Below, one piece after another: positions 1-8,787 of a stretch of DNA of 50,624 nt. A program made the position numbers and the translations under genes. Position 1 is the first letter of the stretch; the number at the start of each line of letters is the position of its first letter. The stretch lies in IMG/VR virus record IMGVR_UViG_3300030392_002118, positions 1 to 50,624 of that record; one strand, written 5' to 3'. Source of the stretch: a virus (Duplodnaviria; Caudoviricetes). Below the pieces are notes generated by a model. It saw only the letters and a program-made list of their open reading frames with translations, made no database searches and was not told the origin of the DNA.

Positions 1-5
1 TTGAA

Positions 6-65
6 AATGAAAAGGAAGAAAAAAGTTTTTTGAGCAAGCTCAAAACTTTTTTCTTCCTTTCATTT
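6..65 (-). terminator. Long host-side hairpin, probably the original tRNA-Arg terminator displaced by integration
   Basis: Imperfect inverted repeat AAATGAAAAGGAAGAAAAAAAGTTTTTTGAGC / GCTCAAAACTTTTTTCTTCCTTTCATTT directly outside the left att. Confidence 0.6.
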
Positions 66-69
66 ATTC

Positions 70-87
70 GTGACCGCGGAGGGATTC
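70..87. repeat. att core, left junction (duplicated tRNA-Arg 3' end)
   Basis: GTGACCGCGGAGGGATTC is identical to 47776..47793; the match extends to 24 bp with 1 mismatch (TTATT[C/T]G...). Confidence 0.95.
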
Positions 88-141
88 CTATACAAAAGTT
101 AACAGGTTAATTATCAGGTTATTTATAAAATTCGTGTGTCA

Positions 142-465
142 TTATTGTGACACTTTTTGCTTCAAACGAGTAATTATTTCTTCAATTTCAGTGATGTCCT
201 GTATGACATCTACGGAATATGCAGCTCTATTTTCATCCACTTTTGGAATGGGAGCATCCAGGGCATAGTCATCGCGCAGCAACCAATTCAAATCTACTTC
301 GCCGAAATAGGTAAGTGCCTTTACTAAAAATTCATAATTCGGTGTTCGCTCTTCGTTGAGCACTTTGTTTACTTGAGTTATGTTCTCCTCAATGTTATCA
401 GCAAATTGGCGTTGCGATATCCCTTTTTGCTTGATAAGAAACTTCAACTTTTTCCCTACTCCCAT
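142..465 (-). CDS. XRE-family HTH prophage repressor (cI-like, no peptidase domain)
   Basis: GISQRQFADNIE...VNKVLNEERTP HTH and VDLNWLL motif; divergent from the early operon. Confidence 0.85.
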   Translation of the reverse strand: MGVGKKLKFLIKQKGISQRQFADNIEENITQVNKVLNEERTPNYEFLVKALTYFGEVDLNWLLRDDYALDAPIPKVDENRAAYSVDVIQDITEIEEIITRLKQKVSQ

Positions 466-484
466 ATTTAGAATGAATATAAAT

Positions 485-537
485 TGTCATTACGGACATT
501 TTTTATTTGTAAATATGTCAGATACGACATACATTTG
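485..537 (+). promoter_or_regulatory. Early promoter with two operators
   Basis: Bacteroidota consensus TTTG(506-509)-N20-TACATTTG(530-537); TGTC-N6-GACA inverted repeats at 485-498 and 516-529. Confidence 0.75.
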
Positions 538-564
538 AAAACAATTCAAAACGATTAAAAACAT

Positions 565-900
565 TTGAAAACAAATTTAAAGAAAAACAGCGAACAAATT
601 GATGTGCAGTCGCATAATGCTAGAATATCAGCATTTTGTGAGTTCTACAATCTAACTCCTGAAGAAGCGGAATCAGCCATTGATTTATTGGACAATAATC
701 TTGGCTATGGCTACACTGCTGATGTGATTGCGCTGGCATTACGAAATGAAACGCAGATCACAAGTCAGTCAATTAGATTGATTAAGCGTGGTGCATATAA
801 AAACCAAACTGTTTTTGATTTTTTATTGGAGGTTGCAGCAACCAATAAAAGTGATGGGAAAAAAGCCCAGAATTCAATCAAACAAAAATTAACACTATAA
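565..900 (+). CDS. Cro-position protein, possible DNA-binding regulator
   Basis: First gene divergent from the repressor; TTG start; weak HTH-like segment. Confidence 0.5.
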   Translation: MKTNLKKNSEQIDVQSHNARISAFCEFYNLTPEEAESAIDLLDNNLGYGYTADVIALALRNETQITSQSIRLIKRGAYKNQTVFDFLLEVAATNKSDGKKAQNSIKQKLTL

Positions 901-913
901 CACATTTAAAACT

Positions 914-1480
914 ATGGAAAGAACCACAAACAATTTTTACCCTGGCTTATTCGGACCTGATGTTGAAATATTCAATCATCCAGATCAAGGTCTTAAAATT
1001 CTTAGCGATGGCCAAGTCAAGCCATTTTCCCAAGCTCCCTTTGCTCTTATAGCTATTTTATTGGAAAAAATGGAAGCCGAACCCGAATCAAAAAAAATAT
1101 TAGAACAATGGCACCCTGGCTCCTCAATGAAGCAAGTCCACCAATTCGCAGGGTGCCGCTTTGGAGGTCTTGACTACGAGGCCGACATCAAGGATAACCA
1201 ACTGCAGGACGGCGAATTTCACCCGTGCCCCCACCGCGGAGGCTGTTCTGCAGAGGGAATCCTATGCAAGATGCCCATTATCAATGGCACGCGCTTAACA
1301 TTACAAGTCGTAAAGCTTATGCGCTTGCTTTCCGGAACAGATACCAATGAAGTTATCGCAGAGAAAATGGATCTGCCCCTGGGCACATATCATTTACTAA
1401 AAAAACAATTGTACGCCACACTTGGTGTACAGACAAAACAGGAGGTGGCCTTGATAAGCCGCAACCTTACAATAGTGTAG
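914..1480 (+). CDS. Regulator with Cys cluster and C-terminal LuxR-type HTH
   Basis: CPHRGGCSAEGILC followed by TNEVIAEKMDLPLGTYHLLKKQLYATLGVQTKQE. Confidence 0.75.
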   Translation: MERTTNNFYPGLFGPDVEIFNHPDQGLKILSDGQVKPFSQAPFALIAILLEKMEAEPESKKILEQWHPGSSMKQVHQFAGCRFGGLDYEADIKDNQLQDGEFHPCPHRGGCSAEGILCKMPIINGTRLTLQVVKLMRLLSGTDTNEVIAEKMDLPLGTYHLLKKQLYATLGVQTKQEVALISRNLTIV

Positions 1481-1554
1481 TTCGCCCTACACGCTACGTT
1501 CTTTCAATTACCCTTTTTTCTTTATTGAAATAGGTTTTTTTAGGTTATTAATGC

Positions 1555-1584
1555 CCGCCCGGCTGAGGAGCTGGGCGGTTTTTT
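1555..1584 (+). terminator. Intrinsic terminator within the early operon
   Basis: CCGCCCGGCT-GAGG-AGCTGGGCGG followed by T6. Confidence 0.8.
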
Positions 1585-1621
1585 AAAAGTAACTCAAGTT
1601 TAATAAATAACACATAGTAAA

Positions 1622-1833
1622 ATGGGAAAAGCAAAATTAATATTCAAATGGAATCAGATTCTCACGGTTGTAGTTCTTCCTCTGTTGAAGTAGAAGGTGA
1701 TGCAGTATCACTTATGGCTTTGTTCTGCCAAAACTTCGAAAAATCTAATTCTTTTTATGAGATAGTTAAAGCTTCAATTGAAGCATATCCTAGAATCAAA
1801 GCGATGAAGGAAGCAAGTAGAAATCAAAACTAA
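1622..1833 (+). pseudogene. Small hypothetical gene, probably frameshifted (or 61 aa from ATG 1648)
   Basis: ATG 1622 (MGKAKLIFK) would join the 1648 ORF if one more A were present at 1646-1648; flanked by 18-bp direct repeats. Confidence 0.45.
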
Positions 1834-1864
1834 GTAACTCAAGTTTAATTTAATACATATAACA

Positions 1865-2113
1865 ATGGCAATTTCAAGAGAAAACATGCAGAAAATCCAG
1901 CGCGGTTTCGCTGAGATCTTTGGAGACAAAGGAACAAACAAAACCAAAGGGCCCGATGGCGATGGCCGCTTTACTGAGGTAAGCTGCCACGTAAAGGAAC
2001 CATTAAACGAATTCCATCTGCGAAAGCTCCGTGATCACAAGTTTGAAAACGGCATTCCGCACGCTTATCAACTAAAGCGCTCAGGTGCAGGTATCACAAT
2101 TACTTACGAATAA
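1865..2113 (+). CDS. Hypothetical phage protein
   Basis: 82-aa ORF with A-rich Bacteroidota-type initiation region. Confidence 0.7.
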   Translation: MAISRENMQKIQRGFAEIFGDKGTNKTKGPDGDGRFTEVSCHVKEPLNEFHLRKLRDHKFENGIPHAYQLKRSGAGITITYE

Positions 2114-2142
2114 ACGGTTAAAAGGAATACTGGTGAATAGTA

Positions 2143-2343
2143 GGGGCTCTGGGTCTGCCAAAGTATAGCAGGCTACCAAACATCCCCCAAGACGTGGATG
2201 GTAATCCGACACGGTTAATAACATTCCAGACTTTGGCCGGGGACTGATAGGAACCCCACCTGGTCAAACAAACGGGAGCATCAGGAGAAATGCTCCGGAA
2301 ACAGCCCATACCCTGTTCTTGGTTCGATTCCAAGCGTTTGGCG
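2143..2343 (+). ncRNA. Putative structured RNA: multi-stem kissing-loop domain plus tRNA-like cloverleaf
   Basis: GC-rich intergenic segment with at least 7 stems; T-arm CTTGG-TTCGATT-CCAAG at 2318-2334. Confidence 0.6.
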
Positions 2344-2360
2344 AAATAAAAATTAATACA

Positions 2361-2549
2361 ATGACAAAAAGAAAATACGTAAGAAGCGGTGAAGAACCGG
2401 TTGCTTTTGAATGCACAAAGCAAAAATGCAAGTGGCAGGGAAAAGAGGAACAAAAAGGTAAAAAGAAAGATGGTGATTGGACTGTCTTTGTTTGTCCCAA
2501 ATGTGGCAACCCTGATTTTTATGGATTACTCGAAGCTCCAACCCCTTAA
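2361..2549 (+). CDS. Small Zn-ribbon protein
   Basis: CTKQKC...CPKC; ATG 2361 preferred over the TTG inside the RNA structure. Confidence 0.7.
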   Translation: MTKRKYVRSGEEPVAFECTKQKCKWQGKEEQKGKKKDGDWTVFVCPKCGNPDFYGLLEAPTP

Positions 2550-2559
2550 AGTAATTAAT

Positions 2560-2694
2560 ATGAGCCTATTCCAAACCTGTAGAGTATGTGGCTGCACCGA
2601 TAATGACTGCAGACAATGTATAGAGAAAACTGGATATCCCTGTATGTGGGTTGAAAAAGATTTGTGTAGCGCTTGTGAAGATAAAACCGTATGA
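2560..2694 (+). CDS. Cys-rich small phage protein (44 aa)
   Basis: CRVCGCTDNDCRQC...CMWVEKDLCSAC, a recurrent phage Zn-finger pattern. Confidence 0.7.
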   Translation: MSLFQTCRVCGCTDNDCRQCIEKTGYPCMWVEKDLCSACEDKTV

Positions 2695-2840
2695 AACCCG
2701 AAAATCAAACCCAATCAAAACTAAACCTGCTCCGGGCAAGTTTACAGCAGCTTTGCGACAGCGATTTATTCACCGTAACAGAGAAACAAAAGCTTGTTGC
2801 TACCATTAAAAAGGAAATTGAAAAACTAACCCACATATAA
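2691..2840 (+). CDS. Hypothetical 49-aa protein (not in the ORF track)
   Basis: ATGA overlap with the upstream gene; fills the gap to the primase. Confidence 0.55.
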   Translation: MKPENQTQSKLNLLRASLQQLCDSDLFTVTEKQKLVATIKKEIEKLTHI

Positions 2841-2850
2841 GCCCCAGCGA

Positions 2851-5800
2851 ATGCCATTTATTACTAAAGACACAATAGAGAAAATTTGGGAAGCTTCAGA
2901 CCTGGTTGAAGTTATTAAGGACTACGTGGACCTAAAAAAATCAGGCGCTACCTTTAAAGGGCTTTCCCCTTGGACAGATGAACAATCTGGAAGCTTTATG
3001 GTTTCTCCGGCCAAAGGCATTTGGAAGGATTTTTCTTCTGGGAAAGGCGGCAATTCAGCAATTTCTTTTGTAATGGCCAAGACCGGTTGCACATATCCTG
3101 AAGCTATTGAAACTTTGGCCAGAAAATATTCCATTGAATTGGAATATGAGGATAGCAAACAGGCTAAAATCTACCACGAAAAGCAGGAAAAAAGGGAAGC
3201 GCTGCGCCCATTGCTTGAGGCTACCATCCGCAGATATGAGGAGCAGTTCCACGCCCTGCCCGAAGATCATCCCGCAAAGCTGGAAGTTTACGGCAAAAGA
3301 AAATATACCAAGGAAATTGCCGAGGAATACCGTATAGGGTATGCCCCGGGACATCAATACATCTATAATCTGTGCAAGGAACAAGGCCGCGTTAAGGATG
3401 CGCAGGAAATAGGGCTCGTTTCAGATAAGAATACCGATAAGTGGGTAGATCGTGTAATCTATCCGCTTATCGAGCGCAAAGGCTCTTCCCTGTTACCCGT
3501 AGGGCTTGCTGGGCGTAGTTTAAGCAATGACAAGAAGTATGCAAAGTGGCTCAATTCTTCAGACAGTGAGCTCTACAAAAAAGATTCTTTTTGGTACGGC
3601 CTTCACGAAGCCAGGGAAACCATTGTGAAAAAGGGCGAAGCGTGGTTGGTTGAAGGTTATAATGATGTGATTGCCTGGCAAACGCACGGTATAAAAAACA
3701 CCATAGCTTCCTGCGGAACCGCGATAGCAATAAAGCAGATGAAGCTTCTTAAAAAATTATGCGACCGCATTGTTTTTTGTTTGGATCAAGATGCCGCCGG
3801 CATAAGCGCGATGCTAAAATACATTCCTGAATTTATGAAGCTACAATTTCGGGTGCAGATTGTGGCGCTTACCCCGGGAATAGATCCTGATGATTTTGTT
3901 TGCCTTTATGAAGCAACAATCAAAAATGAGGGCTTAACCGAGCTAAACAAAACCACATACCGCGAGGATGGTTTTAAATTCTTGATGGACCACTCCTTTA
4001 AAGATAAAGATGCCGTGGCCATTGCCCAGGAGGCAAGAAAATTAACTGAGATTATTGCCCAGATTGAGGATGTATCAATGCAGGACCTTTATTTAAAGTG
4101 GCTTGCAAAAGAAAGCGGCACCACGGTTACGCAACTTAAAAAGTATATGAAGGAGGCCGAGATTAAGGAAATTGAGGTGAAGTGGCAGCCCGATAATTTC
4201 TATGAGCTTCCGGAAGGAGTGAAGGAACCTATTGAAAAACTTCGCCCAACCATTGAGCGCTATGAAATGTTCCAGGCGAACAATCAGATTTGGGTGCAAA
4301 GCAATGACGGTCCTCCGTATCATTTTAGATCCGTTTCAAATTTCAGCATTGAGATTATCCAGCATATGCAGGATGAAAAGTTTCCGATGAAACTGGTCCG
4401 TATAAAAAACATTCATAACCTGGAGCGCATTTTTGATATGCAGTCTGCAGATATGAATTCGCCACAAGCATTTGAAAATGCGGTTACGGCACACGGTAAC
4501 TTTAGATGGAAGGGCGGCCGTAAGGAGCACGAGCTTTTAAAAACATATTTATTTGACGGAATGGGCACCGGCCGGAAAATAGATGTACTTGGTTGGCAGC
4601 CCGAAGGCTTTTGGGTTTGGAACAATAAAATCACGGTACCAAAACAGGCGCCTATTGCAATTGATGAAAACGGAGTTTTTGAAAAGGACGACGTAATGTA
4701 TTACGTGCCATCGGCAAACCAAATTTATCGCCACAACCTTTATAAATATGAGGCGCAAAAGAAATTGATTTCAATTTCTCCGGAGAAACTCACTTTTCAA
4801 AATTATGCAGCGCAAGTTTTGAAGGTGCACCGGAACCACGGAATGATGGGCATATTGTTTTCCGTGGCCAGTATGTTCCAGGACATTGTGGTTTCGCAAA
4901 TCAATTCATTCCCTATGCTGTTCCTATTTGGCCCGGCTTCTTCCGGAAAGGATCTGCTGGCCGATTGTTGCCAAAGCTTCTTTGGCCATCCGCAAACCGC
5001 CATTAACCTTGAAGGGGGCGTGAGCACCATAAAAGCGCAAGTGCGGGAATTTGCACAATTCAGCAATACTATATCGCAGCTTTCGGAATATAAAAACGGA
5101 GATCCAAAACTGGACGGTGTTCTTAAAGGTCTTTGGGACCGCCGCGGGTACAAACGTGGAAATATTGATAGCCACGTAGGTACTGAAAGCATCCCGATTC
5201 TTTCATCGGTAATTATGACCGGAAACTATGCGCCCGACCAGGAAGCATTGATCACGCGATTGATTTGGAATTTTATGGACAAAACAAGTTTTGACGATTC
5301 CGAGATTAAGGAATATGAGAAACTTGCCGATATGAACAAAAAGGGAATATCCGGTTTTACTGACGTATTCCTAGCCCACAGGGAAGCTGTAAAAAATAAT
5401 TTCAAAGTTAAATTCAGGGAATTTAAAGCAACGCTTTCACAGCGACATGAGGAGGCAAATAGCCGTATGATTACCAATCTTTCGGTTTTGGGAACTTTTT
5501 ATCAGATGTTCCAGAATGCAGAAGAAATTCACTTCCCTTTTACCCACGTAGAAATGATGGCGCATTTTGATAAGACCATCGAGCTGCAGATGAATAAGAT
5601 GAGCACGGCCAGCATCATTAACCGTTGGTGGGATTGTTTCCTGGCATCGATGCGCGGCACGCTTGCAGACCAGATTAAAGTGGGCAGGGATCTAAAGCTG
5701 GAGGGCGACAATCTGTATTTCAATTTTACCAGCTGCTACAACCGAGTGTCCAGACAGTGGTATGTGCAGTATCGCGATTCTGCTCCGGCCAAAGGCGTGA

Positions 5801-6039
5801 TGATGGACAGCTTGAAAAAAGACAAGGCGTGGGTAGATGCCATATCGGGGGTTCGCTTTGCTCCCGGGCGCGATAGCAAGGCTACGAGCGCCTATCAGGT
5901 AAACCTTCAGCAGATTCCAATTTCAGATGAAATCAAGTTTGCTGTAGATTTTCAGGTGCACGAAAACTCTTTGTTTCCGTCCCCTGCCACCCCTGAAGAA
6001 AAAAACAATGATAAGGATGCGGAAGAATTGCCCTTTTGA
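2851..6039 (+). CDS. DnaG-type primase fused to a C-terminal P-loop helicase-like domain
   Basis: Cys-less ZBD-like N-terminus (KGLSPW...WKDFSSGKGG), Toprim VEGYNDV and DQD, Walker A GPASSGKD. Confidence 0.9.
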   Translation: MPFITKDTIEKIWEASDLVEVIKDYVDLKKSGATFKGLSPWTDEQSGSFMVSPAKGIWKDFSSGKGGNSAISFVMAKTGCTYPEAIETLARKYSIELEYEDSKQAKIYHEKQEKREALRPLLEATIRRYEEQFHALPEDHPAKLEVYGKRKYTKEIAEEYRIGYAPGHQYIYNLCKEQGRVKDAQEIGLVSDKNTDKWVDRVIYPLIERKGSSLLPVGLAGRSLSNDKKYAKWLNSSDSELYKKDSFWYGLHEARETIVKKGEAWLVEGYNDVIAWQTHGIKNTIASCGTAIAIKQMKLLKKLCDRIVFCLDQDAAGISAMLKYIPEFMKLQFRVQIVALTPGIDPDDFVCLYEATIKNEGLTELNKTTYREDGFKFLMDHSFKDKDAVAIAQEARKLTEIIAQIEDVSMQDLYLKWLAKESGTTVTQLKKYMKEAEIKEIEVKWQPDNFYELPEGVKEPIEKLRPTIERYEMFQANNQIWVQSNDGPPYHFRSVSNFSIEIIQHMQDEKFPMKLVRIKNIHNLERIFDMQSADMNSPQAFENAVTAHGNFRWKGGRKEHELLKTYLFDGMGTGRKIDVLGWQPEGFWVWNNKITVPKQAPIAIDENGVFEKDDVMYYVPSANQIYRHNLYKYEAQKKLISISPEKLTFQNYAAQVLKVHRNHGMMGILFSVASMFQDIVVSQINSFPMLFLFGPASSGKDLLADCCQSFFGHPQTAINLEGGVSTIKAQVREFAQFSNTISQLSEYKNGDPKLDGVLKGLWDRRGYKRGNIDSHVGTESIPILSSVIMTGNYAPDQEALITRLIWNFMDKTSFDDSEIKEYEKLADMNKKGISGFTDVFLAHREAVKNNFKVKFREFKATLSQRHEEANSRMITNLSVLGTFYQMFQNAEEIHFPFTHVEMMAHFDKTIELQMNKMSTASIINRWWDCFLASMRGTLADQIKVGRDLKLEGDNLYFNFTSCYNRVSRQWYVQYRDSAPAKGVMMDSLKKDKAWVDAISGVRFAPGRDSKATSAYQVNLQQIPISDEIKFAVDFQVHENSLFPSPATPEEKNNDKDAEELPF

Positions 6040-6046
6040 TTTTCAA

Positions 6047-6222
6047 ACGTTTCAACACATTAACTAAACTATTAAAAATGAAGAATTTAAATTAAAAAAA
6101 AGGTGTTGAAAGGGTGTTGAAACGGTTTGAAAGTGTTTGAAGTTGTTTTGAAGTTCAAACCGTTTCAACACAAATAAAGAATTAATTAACTGAATATCAA
6201 CGGTGTAGATGTGTTGAAACGT
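6047..6222. repeat. Iteron-like array A (GTGTTGAAACG / CGTTTCAACAC), probable replication origin
   Basis: Copies at 6048, 6103 (variant), 6114, 6161, 6211; outer 14-bp IR and inner 18-bp IR; directly after the primase-helicase. Confidence 0.7.
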
Positions 6223-6252
6223 AAAACGCATTTTCACTATAACGCGAGAGCT

Positions 6253-6504
6253 ATGGAAAATTTAATTTCAGAAAAAAAGGAAATGGTCCAGGTAACCATC
6301 AAGCTTCGAAAAGCGGAACCGGAGGATCTAAAAATTGACAGCCGAACCCTGAAACGCGGCCAACCTTTCTGGTTGAAAAGTATGATCACTGGCAAGTTTG
6401 ATAACAAGCCCGAAATCATTTCTCTAGAAACTGATCCTGGAGAGTTAGCAGAATGGCTTCGCAATGATATGATCTATGTTCCAGCTTCATCTTTAGAATC
6501 ATGA
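6253..6504 (+). CDS. Hypothetical protein
   Basis: ATG 6253 preferred because the upstream GTG lies in the repeat array. Confidence 0.6.
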   Translation: MENLISEKKEMVQVTIKLRKAEPEDLKIDSRTLKRGQPFWLKSMITGKFDNKPEIISLETDPGELAEWLRNDMIYVPASSLES

Positions 6505-6686
6505 TGTACCACCCCTTAGAAATATCAAAAATATTCGCCCACAGCAATACCGAGGACGAAGTAAAGAAAAGCGCCAGGGCCCTGCGCTACATCATGCACG
6601 ATGAAGACGATGACAGCATGTATGAAAAAGTAAGAAGGTACTCCCTTTGGAGATTGATTGAAGTAAGTAAACCAGATTTAAAATGA
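6501..6686 (+). CDS. Hypothetical protein
   Basis: ATGA overlaps on both sides. Confidence 0.65.
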   Translation: MMYHPLEISKIFAHSNTEDEVKKSARALRYIMHDEDDDSMYEKVRRYSLWRLIEVSKPDLK

Positions 6687-8350
6687 AAGAATTTGTAATA
6701 GACCTTTTTTGCGGAGCTGGAGGAACCAGTACCGGAATCCATTTAGCTAACTGCGATACCACGGTAACCGCCTGCGTAAACCACGAGGCTAAAGCAATAG
6801 AAAGCCACCGCCGAAACCATCCTTGGGCGAAACATTTTATTGAGGATATCCGTAACCCTGAAGTAGTATTTTTTCTGAAGCTTCGCGTGGATGCTCTCCG
6901 GAAATTATATCCTGATTGTATTATTACGATCTGGGCAAGTTTGGAATGTACCAACCATAGCAATGCAAAAGGTGGAATGAGCCGAGATGCAGATAGTAGA
7001 ACACTTGCGGAGCATCTTTTTATGTACTTGGATGGATTGAAACCGGATTATTTGATGATTGAAAATGTTAGGGAATTTATGGATTGGGGACCACTCAGAA
7101 TTAAAGAAGATGTAAAAAAATCAAAAAAAGGAAAATACTCCACACTTCTACCAGACCCAAAATCTAAAACGAAGGCAGTTAAGTTTGTTATGATGCCAGT
7201 AAAGGAATTGAAGGGCATCGATTACAATAAATGGGTTTCCGAAATCGAAAACCGTGGATTTAAATATGATCACCGTATTTTAGATGCTGCCGATTTTGAA
7301 GCATTTACATCTAGAAAAAGATACTTTTCTCAATTTGCAAAAGGTGATTTACCAATTGATTGGCCAGAACCAACTGCTGCACAATTTCCAGAAAAAGTAA
7401 AATTAAAAACCGGAAAAAAATTAAAAAAATGGAAGGCAGTTAAAGAGGTGCTACGCTTGGATGTGGAAGGTGTTTCTATTTTTAACCGAAAAATTCCTCT
7501 AGTAGAAAATTCAGAAAAACGCATTTACGCTGGCCTAGTGAAGTTTGTAGCAAACGGAGATGAAAGCTTTATTCAGAGTTATTATTCTGGAAGCCCTATG
7601 CAGCGGAATCATTCTTTGAATGGTCCAGCCCGGACTGTTAGAACTAACAATTGTATGGCTGTAGTGCAAACTTCATTTCTAAATAGTTATTACGGAAACG
7701 GAAACGCCCATTCTATTGATAAGCCTTGCCCTACTATTTCTACAAAGGACAGATTTTCTAAAATCAACTATTTGATGTTAAGTTATTCAAATGGAAAAAA
7801 TTTAAAAAGTATAAATGGTCCAGCTGCAACTGTCGTAAAAAACGATAAACACAATTTAATCAATTGTTGGATGATGACAACTTCATTTGATAACAAAGGC
7901 CGTTCTATTGATAAGCCTGCGCCCACGGTTTTGGCAGGAAGAAAGCACCATTATATAGTTAACCCACAATATAACAACCCCGGCAATTCTGTAGAAAAAC
8001 CGTGTCCTGTAATTATTGCCCGGCAGGATAAAAAACCCCTTGGTTTGGTTATTTGCGATACAAGTGCCGAAAGCTTTGCCATTCCGATTTATGAAGATGA
8101 TACCGAAACTATGGTAAAAATCAAACAGTTTATGGCCGCCTACGGAATTGTGGATATAAAGATGCGTATGCTTTTAGTAGAGGAACTTTTGCGCATCCAA
8201 GGCTTTCCAGAAGGTTATGAGTTGGTTGGAAACCAAACCGATAAAAAGAAATTTATCGGTAATAGTGTAGAAGTTACCACCGCAAAGAAGCTATTTGAAG
8301 CGCACCACGCAGCATTGGTAGAATATTTTGAACTTAAAAACGCAGCATAA
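6683..8350 (+). CDS. DNA (cytosine-5) methyltransferase, orphan
   Basis: Motif I DLFCGAGG, motif IV variant WASLEC, motif VI ENV, RKRYF, C-terminal RIQGFP...IGNSV. Confidence 0.92.
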   Translation: MKEFVIDLFCGAGGTSTGIHLANCDTTVTACVNHEAKAIESHRRNHPWAKHFIEDIRNPEVVFFLKLRVDALRKLYPDCIITIWASLECTNHSNAKGGMSRDADSRTLAEHLFMYLDGLKPDYLMIENVREFMDWGPLRIKEDVKKSKKGKYSTLLPDPKSKTKAVKFVMMPVKELKGIDYNKWVSEIENRGFKYDHRILDAADFEAFTSRKRYFSQFAKGDLPIDWPEPTAAQFPEKVKLKTGKKLKKWKAVKEVLRLDVEGVSIFNRKIPLVENSEKRIYAGLVKFVANGDESFIQSYYSGSPMQRNHSLNGPARTVRTNNCMAVVQTSFLNSYYGNGNAHSIDKPCPTISTKDRFSKINYLMLSYSNGKNLKSINGPAATVVKNDKHNLINCWMMTTSFDNKGRSIDKPAPTVLAGRKHHYIVNPQYNNPGNSVEKPCPVIIARQDKKPLGLVICDTSAESFAIPIYEDDTETMVKIKQFMAAYGIVDIKMRMLLVEELLRIQGFPEGYELVGNQTDKKKFIGNSVEVTTAKKLFEAHHAALVEYFELKNAA

Positions 8351-8622
8351 TGAACCTAAAAACCATAACCCTAATTGCCCTATACATCGCCATCGGAGCA
8401 TTCACCTATTGGGTATGCTCTCCGGCAGGAATAAAGAAAACCCAAACCGATAAGATATTGATCCCACTGGTGGCAATATTCTGGCCCATCCCCTGGACAT
8501 TCATCTTTGCCAATGAAGTAGTAGGATTTTTCAACAGAAAAATAAAAAGCTTCCAGAGAAACAGGCGTATCGCAAAAAAGGAAAAACAGCGCATCGAGCG
8601 CCTAAAAAAAATGAACCCATGA
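8350..8622 (+). CDS. Small 2-TM membrane protein
   Basis: Two hydrophobic segments and a basic C-terminus. Confidence 0.7.
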   Translation: MNLKTITLIALYIAIGAFTYWVCSPAGIKKTQTDKILIPLVAIFWPIPWTFIFANEVVGFFNRKIKSFQRNRRIAKKEKQRIERLKKMNP

Positions 8623-8717
8623 ACTGGCTCTATATAGCCGGCGGCATCTTGGTGGCGCTGTGCCTTGTATCGTATTTAATTATGAAATACAGCTCAGAGA
8701 TTGAGCCAGAAGACTAA
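8619..8717 (+). CDS. 32-aa single-TM peptide (not in the ORF track)
   Basis: MNWLYIAGGILVALCLVSYLIMKYSSEIEPED; ATGA overlap. Confidence 0.55.
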   Translation: MNWLYIAGGILVALCLVSYLIMKYSSEIEPED

Positions 8718-8787
8718 AAACAAAGGGCGGCGCCCTAGGAAAGCACACCGCCCCTCTTAATTAATAACCCTTAACACAGTAAAGATT

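Noticed and set aside
2263-2343. Functional tRNA-Met
   Set aside because: 8-nt anticodon loop, no U33, oversized D-arm and no variable loop; kept only as a tRNA-like structure
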